From contig JBNZDD010013678.1 in NCBI GenBank assembly GCA_050575255.1, forward strand, positions 3,901,405 to 3,965,404: DNA of 64,000 nt. The letters run 5' to 3'. The stretch comes from Harriotta raleighana. Taxonomy: Eukaryota. Position 1 is the stretch's first letter. Every line of letters starts with the position of its first letter. The notes under the pieces are model-generated. The model saw nothing but the letters and a program-made list of their open reading frames with translations, was not told where the DNA came from and ran no database searches. Of the stretch, positions 10,571-23,800 are shown piece after piece. Both the position numbers and the translations under genes were made by a program.

Positions 10571-11411
10571 CCTTATCAAACTGTAACAAAAGCTTCGGAG
10601 AATCAAGCTTTCAATTCCAAATTCAAAAGAAACAAAAGCCACGAAATGCGTTAATGCAATCTCCAGGCCCTAAAGTACTGCAATCACTTTAGCACACTTG
10701 ACTATTTGGGGTACAGATTCTACCTAGGTATATATATATATATGTGCAGGCTGCTATTTGTTTATATTTTGTGAGTTTTTTTAAATTTCTGTGACTACTG
10801 AATTGGGTCATGATCAATGTATTTACCTTCACCTGGAATGTTATATGAAAAAACGATGTTAAAAAGCAAAAGACAAACGTTATCTATCACCCAACTGATG
10901 TTACAAGACTTTTTTTTCTTGACACGAATTTGCACAGACAACAAGTCAGTCTTTGCAAGTAGAAGAGCCACACAAAAAAGAACAGATTAAAGGCTGCAAC
11001 ATCTTCTATTTACTGCATTGCTAGAATTGCTGCTTTGTATTTAGTAGATTGTTTTCTATTGATTTGTGTGGTGATGACAACGATGAATGTAACTTAGCTT
11101 GTTCGACTCGACTCCCAAGAATTAATGGACTTTGCACAATTTATGCCTCAGGTTGAAAGATTCTGGTTGCTGCTATGTAACACTGTGCCTATCTAACGCT
11201 GCAATCTTTCACTTGTAAACTATGCTAAGTAGTTATCCCACCTCTGTTTACACTGTCTGTTAGGGCTGAGGAGGTTATTGTTTATCTGCTCTATTGTGAA
11301 ATTGAGTTGGAAGTAAAACTCTGTATTTTCCATCTAGGAAAAAAGTTTGTCAGCTTTAATTATGAATGTTTACGATTATATGCAACAGTGGGAACAAAAG
11401 AACAAATTTTG

Positions 11412-11417
11412 AATAAA
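11412..11417 (+). terminator. Candidate polyadenylation signal of HoxD1
   Basis: AATAAA about 840 nt after the stop; a second AATAAA lies near 11480. Confidence 0.4.
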
Positions 11418-13566
11418 AAAACAGAACACATTTTGTCATTTTGATCAGTAGCGCAATTCCATGCAGCTTTAGTGTAGGCAATAAAACAGTGCTGTTCCTT
11501 TCCAATCGAAACCGTTATTTTCACTCCACTTTAAATCAATTAGCGAGTGATTTTCTGACCAATAGTCTTAAAGATTCAACCCAACTATGTGATGGGATGT
11601 CTGAACTAAACCCATGCAATTGAAGGATTCTGCAGCTCTGAGGCTCATTGATATGATTGTTATTATTATCACTTCATATTCCTCAAAGGGTCCTTGAAGA
11701 TTATGCTTAAGTGATGCACTGAAGTCTTTACACTTGACACTTTAATCCACAACTATATTCTCAAACTATCAATAGGAAGTGAAGCCAAGGAAACGGATCG
11801 GATCTTTGCATTATTAACTAATTCTAATGAGTCTATTTTGATTGAACATCTTTGCTCAGCAGCTTTCTACTTAGCAATCAATACTGGAAAAAAACATGTA
11901 TCTGCCTACTAAGCAGTTCGAGGTGGACATTTCAATTTAAGTGTGTGTTTCTGCTCTGGTTTGATTTTAAACAAGTTTCAGATATGGCTTTAGGCATAAG
12001 ACTCACTTTCACAAGGAAGGGAAGTAACTCAAAGGACACCCATCACTCTTAAAAAAAATGAACCAACTACTAAAAAAAACCTTTAATTGTATTAGATAGA
12101 ACTCTTAATAACTCATTGCATCGAGAATTCCTTTAATAATGTCCACTAATGGATAATCACTGCATTATTCTGTCCTCAAGACAAAGTTACCTTATCTAAA
12201 AATGAGTGTACATGGCTTTTAATTTGATTCAAGGCTCTCATAGCCTTTCGACCAGATTACTTGTAATGGCTTCATAATCCATTTGAACTCTTGTTACAAG
12301 TTATTCTGACTCCATTTTTACAAATAATATAGACTACCACTACAAGTAATAATAAATTGTTGGACTGGCCTCACCAGTTTCTTATTCAGGCCGAGTCCTC
12401 ATTAAAACATACATGCTTAAATGTGTTTGTTGAACTGACATACAGTATAATGTTGGAAAATATACACTATGGTAGTGTAACATGTCACTGTGAAATGAAA
12501 TACGCGTTTAGCTCGTTTCATCAGCTTTAGTCTTTGGTTCATTGGAAAAGTTGGGGTTTCAGGGTCATCTTAATCGCAATTAATGCGATTTTCGGCAAAG
12601 ACGTTTTACACTTCAATGTGTGTGTGAGTAATAGAAGCAGATCAATGTTAAAAGACTTCGGCATTAACGGTGGTATATGCAAAGATCAAACGTATAAAGC
12701 AAATAGATTTGTGCCGGAAGTGACTTTTTAAAGCAATACCGGGGAGGGAGGTGGGGAGGGAGAGAGAGTGGGGGAGGGGAGGGTTTGGTTGCACAACAGA
12801 AAGAGTCAGTATTTTCTCTCAGATGTTTCCAACATTTGGTCCTAACAGCTCCGTGATAATGACAGTTCCACTAAAAATAACACACAGCAGTCTTGGGAGT
12901 TAGCGGTGTTTCAAAGAAATGCTGAGGTCGTAAAATTCATAATGACCTCCTTGGGAATCGGCTCTGAGATCTTTTGATATGGAATTTACGATTCTTTGAT
13001 GGTGATTCTCAACCGATACCCAGTGCATATTCTAGACCTCGAGAAACTGCACCCTACATATATTTATAAAAAATACTGTTTGCATTTACTTTGCTTTAAG
13101 ACTCGCACAACCTACAGGCCAGAAGATTGGTTTAAAAGCTTTATACATATTAGATATATCAAGAAACATCGTAAGTAACTGATGCTAGCTTACACCCCCC
13201 AGGAAATGACATCTCCTGGTGCGATTGCATGTTATAAACTTGCAGGTCTATTGTCGTTTCGCTTTCTGTGAGGCGCCTATTGTTTCCCTTTTATGTTATC
13301 ATACCTCTGATCCTAGTTGTGATTACTCCCTAAAGTCTCTGAAGACGTGGGGGGAGGCCAGGGAGTTTTATTAGCACAATACGAAAACTGTTCGTAACTG
13401 TGGCTGTATTGTGAGGGTTCACAACAGTAGCTTTGCGCTTGTTTGATATTCAGTTTTACTTCTGCCTGGAGCGGAAGGACTATTCAATATTTACTCTGCC
13501 TGCAAAAAGGGGTTGTGGAAGGGTTAGCCAGAGAAGACAACCCCACCGCCCCTCCCTCAGGAATTA

Positions 13567-13583
13567 GGTTCACTGAAAGTTCA
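13567..13583 (+). promoter_or_regulatory. DR5 retinoic acid response element 3' of HoxD1
   Basis: GGTTCA ctgaa AGTTCA; differs by one spacer base from the RARb2/Hoxa1 3' RARE (GGTTCAccgaaAGTTCA). Confidence 0.85.
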
Positions 13584-13783
13584 TGGAAATTGATCCAGGT
13601 TGATCTTCTGAAACCCTTCTTGCACGATTTAATGTACGGATCATTGTATTTTTTGAAATATATATTTTTTTTTAAAAAAAAGGAAATGTATGCTTATCTC
13701 CCCCTTTCCCCCAAACCAGATTTCCATTTCACCATCAGCACATGAAGTCGGTATATTCAAGTCTTATCCTTATATAGAGTTAA

Positions 13784-13796
13784 AGGTCAAAGTTCA
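13784..13796 (+). promoter_or_regulatory. DR1 nuclear receptor element
   Basis: AGGTCA a AGTTCA, 200 bp downstream of the DR5. Confidence 0.6.
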
Positions 13797-16082
13797 CCTT
13801 AGTACTGCATAAATGAATATTTAATGTTATTTTATGGCTGACGCACAATTGATATGCGGCTGCATAATGTCACGTATCACCTATGGGGCTTTCTCATCGT
13901 GTCGCTAATCTTACTGCCTGTTCTTAAATGTAAAACATCAGATTTCCCTCTTAAATTGTTGAACGGTGGACAGATAATTGAGTTATTTCGATATCTACAG
14001 TATATGTTAGCTAGATAAATAGAGGGAACAGTGAGTTGCGACTGTAAAGAAATGTAATATTGTACTGCAGTAGTAGAAACGTGGGTGAAAATAATCCCCT
14101 TTGAGGCATGGTTTCAGCAACATTAATATTATTCCTTAACAGTCGCTCTGTTTTGTGTACATTTATTATTTTGACCTCGAAACGGGTAATGATTGTAAGT
14201 TAGCAAGAGAGTTCCTTAAAATATGAATAACTGACAGTTTATGGCAGCGTTTCAAATTCCAGGAAAGTTATCCTATTAGAATTGTATGATTCCTGCAAAT
14301 AACGCATGGCCCTTGATAGCAATACAAAACCGTTGCCTCCCTATATTCCATGCTAGCGATTAATGTCAGTCCTGATATTTCTTCAGTGTCGCAAATCGAA
14401 TCACATTCTTCGTAGCCTTTTTTTAAATTTCTGGGGTCTGTTGCTCAGAGCATCAAGTGACACTTGACTCAATCAAACTACAGTATTTATAATAGTTTCA
14501 GTTAAAGCTTCAGTGCAACCCCTGTGTTTGATACTCACACTTCAAGCATTTGTAGGAGAGAAAAAAAATTCAACACATTACTGTACATGTTTTAGCTGGA
14601 TCCGCCATATCCATTGTGGCTTTGGTGGCATTCACTGGACTTCCAAGTTTGTCTTCGGTTACTCGAGACATGTTTGCCCTTTAAAGTTCATTATCTCACA
14701 AAGTGTTCAGCTCCAGGGGACAACGCTTACTTTCTACCGTGAACATTTATCACAAACACATAAGTACAAATTCAGTCATCTCTGCTGATCCCGTTGTAGG
14801 TATATTAATATCATTTAAGAGGAGCGAAGCGGAAGGCAACGCATCTGGCTGTTTGAACAATAAAGAGCTTAACTGTGATACAATGGTCAATCCAAAAACT
14901 TCTCTGTATTAAGAAAAAAAATTGAATGCACTTTTAAAATCGCCTATTGGAGGTACAGTAGTTAAAGAAGATAAGTTTGTCTTGGAATTCATAAGTTTCA
15001 AACCCGATTTACAATGGAACTCTATTGTAAATTTGACATGAAAACAACAGTGTCAGTCAAACTTGCAAAATAAATCGAATGTACAAAAAAAATTGCTGCT
15101 GATAGGCAAAGGCCTTCTCAGCATACAAAAGAGGGTTTTCGACAAGACACGGTCGTATAGCTTGGGTTCCAGCTTCAAATCTATGTGGCATTGTAAGCGA
15201 TATAAAATTCCTCCTGCCACACTCTAGTATTGATTCAGCACTGAAATTGTAATATAAGAGCAGTTTCAAACCAATGGTCCGATACTGAATCGTTTTTTTA
15301 AATGTAATAGAGATGACTTCGGACACAGGGCAATGCTGCAGGGTGTAAATTGAAGCAATGCAATAGCGAGTTTGAATTTTCCAGCTTCCAATTGATTTCT
15401 GGTATTGTATAAAAACAGCTTCAAACCGTTAATATTTGGAGTAACACCGAGTTCTCCGCAGGCAACATGATCTGATATTGTATCGAATAAAATCCCTTAA
15501 GATGTGAGCAGACATAATAGAAGACGTTCCCCCCCAAAAAGAAGATTGTTAGAAGGCAAGGGTTATTCCACTTGCAATGCCTTATTGCAGCTAAAAGGTT
15601 CACTGAGAGCAAAACAGTTGAAATGTAACTGTTCCAATTCTATTTTGAAACCAATCACTTAAGTCATCACATTGAAGACAATTGCAAGAGATGTGTGGAT
15701 TAGTTTGAAAGACTGTATAGCGACTCGCTGGTATGAATCTGTTATATTATCAAATTAGCTGAAACTTGGAAGCCATGTGCAAACGGTACTGAATAAACGC
15801 AACTTTTGTCATTCAGAACATGAAAGCTGATTGATATACGCATCAATTGTGTTTACTCTTGGACGGGACATACACTTTCTCACATCAATGAATGGGAATG
15901 AAGGAAATAATCTCCATTGATCTTATTTGTAACAGGTTCTCTCCTGTGCTGCCTCGATTTAAATGAATTAACTTAATCCAAGTGTTAAACCATGGGTACA
16001 TTTGCTTTGCACGACTCACCTGACCAGACCTCTTGGTGTATTTAGTTAAATAGTATTTGACCGAGCCCAGACCACTATCTTA

Positions 16083-16388
16083 TAATAAATAATAATCCTT
16101 GAATTTGATATCCATGTCTTCCATGTCATCGAGATGCCTCAAAACGCCTCACATTATAATGTGAATTGACTGTATATTTGCAGCAAAACGTGGCAGCCAA
16201 TTGCGTGCAAAAGAGTCCCTCGAGCAGTCGTGGATTGAAGTGATCAATTTGTTACTTATTGTTTTATTGAGGCATTATTGTCAGGCGTGTGGAGTAAGGG
16301 AATTTGCCCCAGGTTTCGCCCTGACTGGAATCGAACCCAGGTCTCTCGCTTGAGAGGCGAGTGCTCTAACCACTGAGCTCCGGAACTC
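16083..16388 (-). mobile_element. tRNA-headed SINE (partial Deu-like body, L2-type tail)
   Basis: Minus strand has an A box (AGCTCAGTGGTTAGAGC) and B box (GGTTCGATTCC); body and (TTA)n-type tail are shared with many copies in the window. Confidence 0.85.
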
Positions 16389-16509
16389 TACGCACCTGAC
16401 CTGTGAACGTCAGGTACATAGAATGCTCGGTAGATATTTTTATGTACATTGCTGCCCCTTTAGTTTTTTGTATGACACATCAGCGTTCAATTACCTCGCA
16501 TTTTTGCTT

Positions 16510-16780
16510 AACAGGGAAGAGAGGTTATACCCCAAACCACACAAGATGTAGCAAGGGAGTGGATGAGGCTGATTTTTGACAAGGACAATATTCGGAGAGG
16601 CTCCAGGGGATATTTGTTTGCATAGATGAAAATCAACCTTCCTCATCCCTGGAACCAGTTACCAGGAAGAGTGTTAAAGGCAAAGTCATTTAAGATGACA
16701 GCTATATGTTTTAATAGGGTGAAGTCAAGACAATTGTATTGTGGAAGGATGAGATAGAATGGGCAAAGAGTTTCCATCTA
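16510..16780 (+). mobile_element. Possible degraded CR1-type LINE 3' fragment
   Basis: TGGAACCAGTTACCAGGAAGAGTGTTAAAGGCAAAGTCA reads WNQLPGRVLKAKS, resembling the CR1 ORF2 end WNxLPxxVVEAxS; heavily decayed. Confidence 0.35.
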
Positions 16781-19700
16781 ACCCTGACCTGTTAATTCAA
16801 GAAAGTTCTGCGTCAAGTTGTTTCTAGCAGAGTTCTACCGAAGTGTATTTAAACGTGTGTGCATTGCTTCACGAATCACCCACAAATTCCAGCTGTTGTA
16901 TAATGAGACCGACAAGCTTTTGTGATTGTACTTGTTTAGCACTTCTTCAAAATATAACAGGAGCAAACATTCCAATTGATGTCTCTAAACATTGGCTATC
17001 ACAGGCACAATGTGTTTCAATTTTTTAAAATTGTACATTATCAGAGAGAACTAATGTTCGGATGCTTCAGTCTGAAATCCCTGAGTCATCACAAGCGAAG
17101 GAGCTGTCGTATTAATTCCAGCTAATTTACTCCCAATTGGCCAGTATTAATCTGGTCTGTTTGCTTGTATGGATCACAAATGTAGCAACAATATCATACA
17201 ATTTGTAGCACCAGCAACGGGCCATTTTTTTAAACAAAAAGTTTGATGATTTTGGAATCATTTAGTACTGTACAACCTAATTGTATTGCAAATTGATCCC
17301 GGAGCAGGGCTCAAAAAACAGGATTGACGTTTTATTTTAAGCGTGGGTTCGATCTGATCCTACTTGGACAAGCAGTCTGTCATTGAATTTCACGCTTGAG
17401 TGGTATATAACAGAAGGATTGTTACGTTAAAATGTGATTGTGGATGTCGCATAAACTAATCGTTTTCAATTGGGTTGGCGAATCTATTACTTTAGAATCC
17501 ATTTTTACCATCTATTTCGTATACACAGGGTATAGTCGACTTGTTTAAATCAACGAGATACTATTTATTTTCGTATTACACAAATGTTTAAAGCATTTCA
17601 TTTCTCTTAAGAAATCAAATGAATCACTGAATCCATCTCACCTATTTCTCCTTCACACCATTCCCTGTGTACATGTAGTTAGTGTTTCCATATAATGCTG
17701 AGAAATATATACATATGGGATTTATCAGTACCATTAGTAAGAAGTATATATTTGGGTTGGAGGTAAAAATAATTCAAATTGTTTTGGGAATAGTTCCACT
17801 TGTACAATTTCATTCCCCCACGCTCCTTTAAAGTCTTTGTTTGTTCTTAGTATATTAACGCAATGGGCCAATAAATTACATTTTGGATCCGCTTTGCAAA
17901 GCTTTCCATTTCAGGATATTACTGGTTAATGTTCCATGGATGTCACGTAACTCAGTACTTTATCTGGATGGTTTCATGTCAGTAGTAATACAAGAGAAAG
18001 GCCTCACTCAATACTTGTGGACGATTGGGAGTGGATAATACAATGCTAAAGATTTCGTTTGAGTTCAATCCAGACAGAAAGTAAATTCTGATAAATACAA
18101 ACCTAGTTTGTTGCAATGTATTAGCTATGACTTGAATGAAGCTATGACTTGAATTAAAAATTAAGACATTTTTGTAGGATTTGGCATGCAATCATTCATT
18201 TTGTGTCTGGACTCTTAACACAATAGCAGAGAACTTAACGTAGATTTCACGAAGGCCACTGTTAGCTCAGTATATTTATAGGGGCAGAGATATTCCCAAT
18301 GTGACAATCGTTATCGTCGTTAGGATCATATAATGCTTGGAGAACCTTTTGATATTAAGCGTTGGTTTATGTAGGACGGGCTGGGCTGGTGGTTTAACCT
18401 AAGTACTACATGGGAAACCAAACTATACTGGGATCTTGTAGGGTCTGACCTAGAATTGGTTGTGTATATGAATTTGCTGCCACCAAATATTATGGAATAA
18501 TCTACTTACTGTTAACTTATACTCATGTGTATATAAATCTGCACATTAACGTTCTTAAATCAGTCGAGGCACATTGTGCGAAGACGGAAATGGCATGACA
18601 TAGTTTCAAGTGAACAAAATATTGAGGTTCACATTTCCATCCCCACTATCACGAATACTAATGCTTTTATTGATTTCCCATGCGCTTAAAGTTCACCGAT
18701 GTAAATCTCACATTCCTCACCAAGGAGCCAGCCACCAATTGCCTCACGCAGGATAAGATATATATAATCCTCTACAAAGTTTAAACAGTTGGACATCAGT
18801 GATGTGGTGAACAGACCTGCACGATCACAGGTTTATGAAGTCCAAATTTATCCAATACACTTGGTACAAAGAGAACACTACCGATTAGTAATGCTTTCTT
18901 CTGAGCCGACATATTGAGGACAGAGCAACGTGATGTCTTTCACAGCACTTCCCTTCACAGACATCAATAAATAAAGGAATAAAAGAAACCTACACTGTAA
19001 AGAAAATGAAACAGCTATCCGGCGGACGACAAGACTGTCCCAAGCTGCGGTTCAGGAAAATGTGGAGAAATAACTTCTGCGTTATCTCTGCAAATATCTT
19101 CTTTATATTCTGTTTTTAAAATAATCTAGTTTCTCCCACAACATTTACAGTCGATTCACTGTACAGTGCATTAAGTGAAACGTTTCGAGACGTTTCGCAG
19201 ACGAGTTATTATTTAATATTAATCATTCTATAATTCTCTTGTTTGAACATACCAAGAATTGCATTTTCATTCGATGTTTAGTTTTGGATAATGATGAGAT
19301 AACATGATTACGGGTATGCTGTAGTCTGCTGTAGGATTCAGAGCCACTCAAAAGTCACAGGAATTTAATTCATTTTCTCCCATGTTCTGTAATTAAATTT
19401 GAATTACAAACAGTTAGAGTTTTTTTTCGAACTGGACTATAACTAAATGAACGAAAGCTCAAACCTTCAAAGGAAAGTCAATTATTGTGCATCATAATGT
19501 CACCCACATACGAAACTGAAGGATATTACAACCCCCCAAGATAAAATATTCAAACTACACATCCAATTACACTATTATACTCCATTAAATATCTAACGAT
19601 TGGTTTCTAATTTCTAAACTGTACCCATGAGTTACTCTTAAACCGCGTTACAGTAAATGGAGCACACAATTATATGCCTCTTCACTGAACATCTATTTCC

Positions 19701-22700
19701 TTCAGTAATTTGTTCAATGAATTCAAATGTTTGTAACCAATGTCTATGAAAACATGCAATAATATTAACAATAACTTTTTTTTTGGTGGTTTTCAAGACA
19801 GTTCATGACTCTGCATTTTCTTCCCGAATATAATGTGTTCTCTTTTCCCAGGAAGTCACAACTCACACATGTTTCACTTTCCTTCCCAAGATAATTCCTT
19901 TGGGTCATAAAGGGATCGAGGTTGGTCGAACAGGAGCCTGCAGGGATTCAAATAAACATACTGCAAGCTTTAGTTCTCCACAAGCATCACACACCAGAAA
20001 AGATGCCTAACTACAGCCAGGATAGCTGCCCAATCAGTTATTGATGTGCCTGCCTTCTGTGAATTTTGAATACTTCATAGGAAAGCCACCAGCTCCTGTT
20101 GACTGGAGTATTAATTCATATAGCACCCCTATCACAATCCATCACTAATTTGTTTGATTTCTTAACGACTTCAAAAATCAGATGGTAAATACGACACAGC
20201 GACATACAGGGCATCAGGAAAATAAAATAACACTTGCTATACAGATTATGTGCACTTGTTTTCAAAGATACATTGCAGTGATATCGAGCTTCTTCTGTAG
20301 GGATACACATTCCAGCTTCGGAAGCTGTTGTTAGTTGTTATTAATATAATTATTAATCATTGATACAACAGCTTACTGCACTGACCACCTGTTTATTAGC
20401 ATTAAATAGTTGGATAAACTCAATAAATATGTCAAATTATCAATAACATGAATATATCCATACACCAATTGAAGCATGTAATAATATTCTCTTAGTAAAT
20501 TTATGCATTAATAGTGTATACCATAAATTGTTTCAGGAAGTTAGTTAACGATGGGATGAGACCATAAACCGCTTAGTTATATATATGGTGCTATATTTGA
20601 CACGTCTCCCAAACAAGTTATTTATAATGAAATATTTCCATATTCAATCTGCCGAGTTCCTTTGTTGTGTGTGTTTTAAATTCCACAAAGCAATCTTTGA
20701 AAGCACAGTATAAATTTATGCAACATAATATTTTACAATGTCATTTCCAGTAACATGTAGAACAATGGCAGTAATTGAATAAACAGACATTTCCCCGAGT
20801 GCTTGTTAGTTATGGGACACTTGGTCTGTTGGGGAAACATTTTAACACATTTATCATATTTGCTATTGAGTTATCTATGTTACATTCTCTGTACCTACCA
20901 CAACAAACCATACCATATGCAATTATTTTTCTTCAATTCAAGTAGCTATATCATTATAATTGAGACATCTATGCAATATTGTTTGAATTATTGCAATGAT
21001 TTCTTTATTTAATGATTTTACATTCCAGATATTGATTAAGAATTGTAAAAAAGCATTAAAGCTGCAGTGAGCTGAGTATTGGTGCTAGTATTATAGTAAA
21101 CATAGGATATGGCATCAGGATTTTTAAAGCTAGTTCTCGTGAATTCAAATAGCAAATCTGAATTTTTAGAATCTGGGTCTATTTTACTGCACTTCCATTC
21201 TGGATGATTATGTTGTATATCTTCTATTAAATATGCAGTTACAGTTGCAGATGCAATGATTTTCTCAGAAAATATTCTGTTTAAAAAGTGATATAAAGTA
21301 AGACCACATTACAGCATTAAAAAAGTCACAGCAAATGTTATTCTCCTGAAAATATCCAACAATGTGCAATATTTGGTGGATAACATTACCGTTGGTTATT
21401 TCTTTGAGCATAGAAGGGACACTGCAGAAATTATTTTCTTCAGAGGGGAAGATCAATGGAGTGATTTGGTGTGAATTGTACTGTTTAGATTGTTTGGATT
21501 TCCCATGGAAACATCAATTAAAAGGCTAATTTTCCTTGCAAAATTCTGAAATACATAAATAATGACTTATTATAAAATATTAGAAGCAATAGGATACTTT
21601 ATTTTCAATTAATACAAATTTCTTGGTAATGCTTGGAGTATGGTGTACATGGGATTTAACACCAGGATCTTAACATAAAAAATTAGTTAAGTTCAATTAG
21701 TAACTTAATATACACACATATGATTCTGTCTTAATGCACAATTAAGATGGGTTGTTTATATTTCTTTTCGGTCAGAAGTATCTCTTAAGATAACTAAACT
21801 TACATGTTGTCTAGAATATTTTCTCGATCATGGTAACGTTTCTACTCTGGAGAGAATATATGAAATATTTCCTATGAATATACATATATATTCTGTACAT
21901 TTTCTGTGTTAGAGTACTGCATGTATATTCAGTGACTTTGGTTAGGCGGTTGAATGCCCTTTACAGCTTTTGATCATGTAATTTCGAAAGGAATAACGCC
22001 TATTATCAGGTGCCCGGGGAAGGTCCATTAAAGTCAGTACACAAGAGATTTCAAGCCATTGTGCTTATTGTGCCTTCCAGTACTGTTGAGGAACATAAGT
22101 GGCTGAGATGAATGCTCCATAAAAAGATTTATTTAGTTTTATGGGAGTTATTACAAGAAAAGAGAACATGTCATGTGAGCTGCCACTCACACCAGATGTA
22201 ATTGGTAATGATACAGAAATCCTCCAAATGGGGATTAAGAGGGGACTTGGTTCCAAACACTACTTCTTTCATCAATGAATCAAATCTAGTATGAATAATG
22301 TGCTCTGTGAATTAATACCAAGAAAGACATTTTAATATCTTTTCAAATTCAACATAAGTCACTGCATGTAAAAACCTGCCTGACATTTCAATTCTATACA
22401 GGAGACATTAAGTGTTATAAATACTGTTGTGAAGCACCTAAATATGAGTTACAACAATGACAGTAACAGCAGTACTTCAGGTTATCAAGTTATAAGATCC
22501 ATCTGATAAATTAAACATCACATTGATAGATTTAGATTACTTTATTTCATAGACAATATGAATTCATCTGTTGTGTAAATATATATAAACAGATAGCTCA
22601 TGTACATTGATGATAATAAATATTTCTCCCTAACAAGAGATTTCACATGTATCCAATAGTATATTCCTTCGCAAATTAGAGGAGGAAAATATAAGACGTA

Positions 22701-23559
22701 AAGGTGCTGCTCCAGAATGGTGTTCATTGACCAATGGAGCAAAACTGCAGATGCAAGGGTGAAAAGTAAGGACAGGAACATGCTTGGCTGTGATGCTCTC
22801 CAATGTGTAGGTCAAAAAGTACTCAGAAACTGGTTACATTGGTCTCTTAAACAGAAGGGACCTGCTCAGATAATGACCCATGAGATGAGATATTCTTTGA
22901 TGTCTAAATTATTTTGTTTAATTTGAGAATTTCAGGACTGTTTACTTGCGTGTGAATCAAATGGTGTCACTTTCCAATGTGACTCAGGTTATCCTCACTG
23001 TGATTCTGTAAGCCATTCTGTCTTAAATTAAGTACATTTCCTGCTTTTGTGCTTCCAGTTTCCCTTCTGCCTCCTCTGATTGCATATGTAGAAGCAACAA
23101 ATGCTCATCCGTTTTCATTCGCTTTTGCCTGTGGCTCATTATTTAATGTCTCAATATTGGCAAATTTGGCACTTTGGCACTAGAGTCACCCTTTATCCCT
23201 TGCGGTATCTCTTTATTTCCCAAGGGGCTTGAAGTATTCATACTGAGATTCAGCTTGATTTTATTGAATTCACAATCTTGGCTCCTCAATTCTCCAACTG
23301 AAGAATAACAATTGTATTTGTAATGCTAGAATGCTTCGATTTGATGAGTAAACTTGCCATCGGGAATTTTCTCCAATTGTGACGACCATTTACCATTCAA
23401 AATGATGAAAATCTATGGCCATTCATGCCAGAAGATTTATAACTGACTTCCACTCTCAACTAAGCACTTTGAACATGTAAAACATCTTTGAATTATGGAA
23501 CACCTTTAAAAGACAGTGATATGCTGCAGTTTTGAAAGGTTTATAAAAGGTAGAATCTC

Positions 23560-23800
23560 AGAATCCTTGCATTTGATATAGTAGTGCCTTATCACATCAT
23601 CAAGATGCCTCAAAGAGCTTCACATCATATACTGTAAAGTTTTGTAACCCTGTGTGTTTTGTGTGTGGACATGGCAGTCAATTTTTCACACAGAAATCTC
23701 CCACAAACAGTTTTGTTGGCCAACACATTGGGATAAATACTCTTCTCTTGTTGAAAAATGACATGGGATCTTAAATGATCACTTGGGCAGGCAGTACCTA
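23560..23800 (-). mobile_element. Old DeuSINE-like copy
   Basis: Same tail (ATCCTTGCATTTGATATAG) plus Deu-like segments CCCACAAACAG and CATGGGATCTT. Confidence 0.65.

Noticed and set aside
15597-15613. GGTTCActgagAGCAAA, resembling the DR5
   Set aside because: The second half-site is too degenerate.
16326-16388. tRNA-like cloverleaf with A and B boxes
   Set aside because: It is a SINE head: the anticodon-equivalent differs among copies (CTC, TGC, TAC) and it runs into the SINE body.
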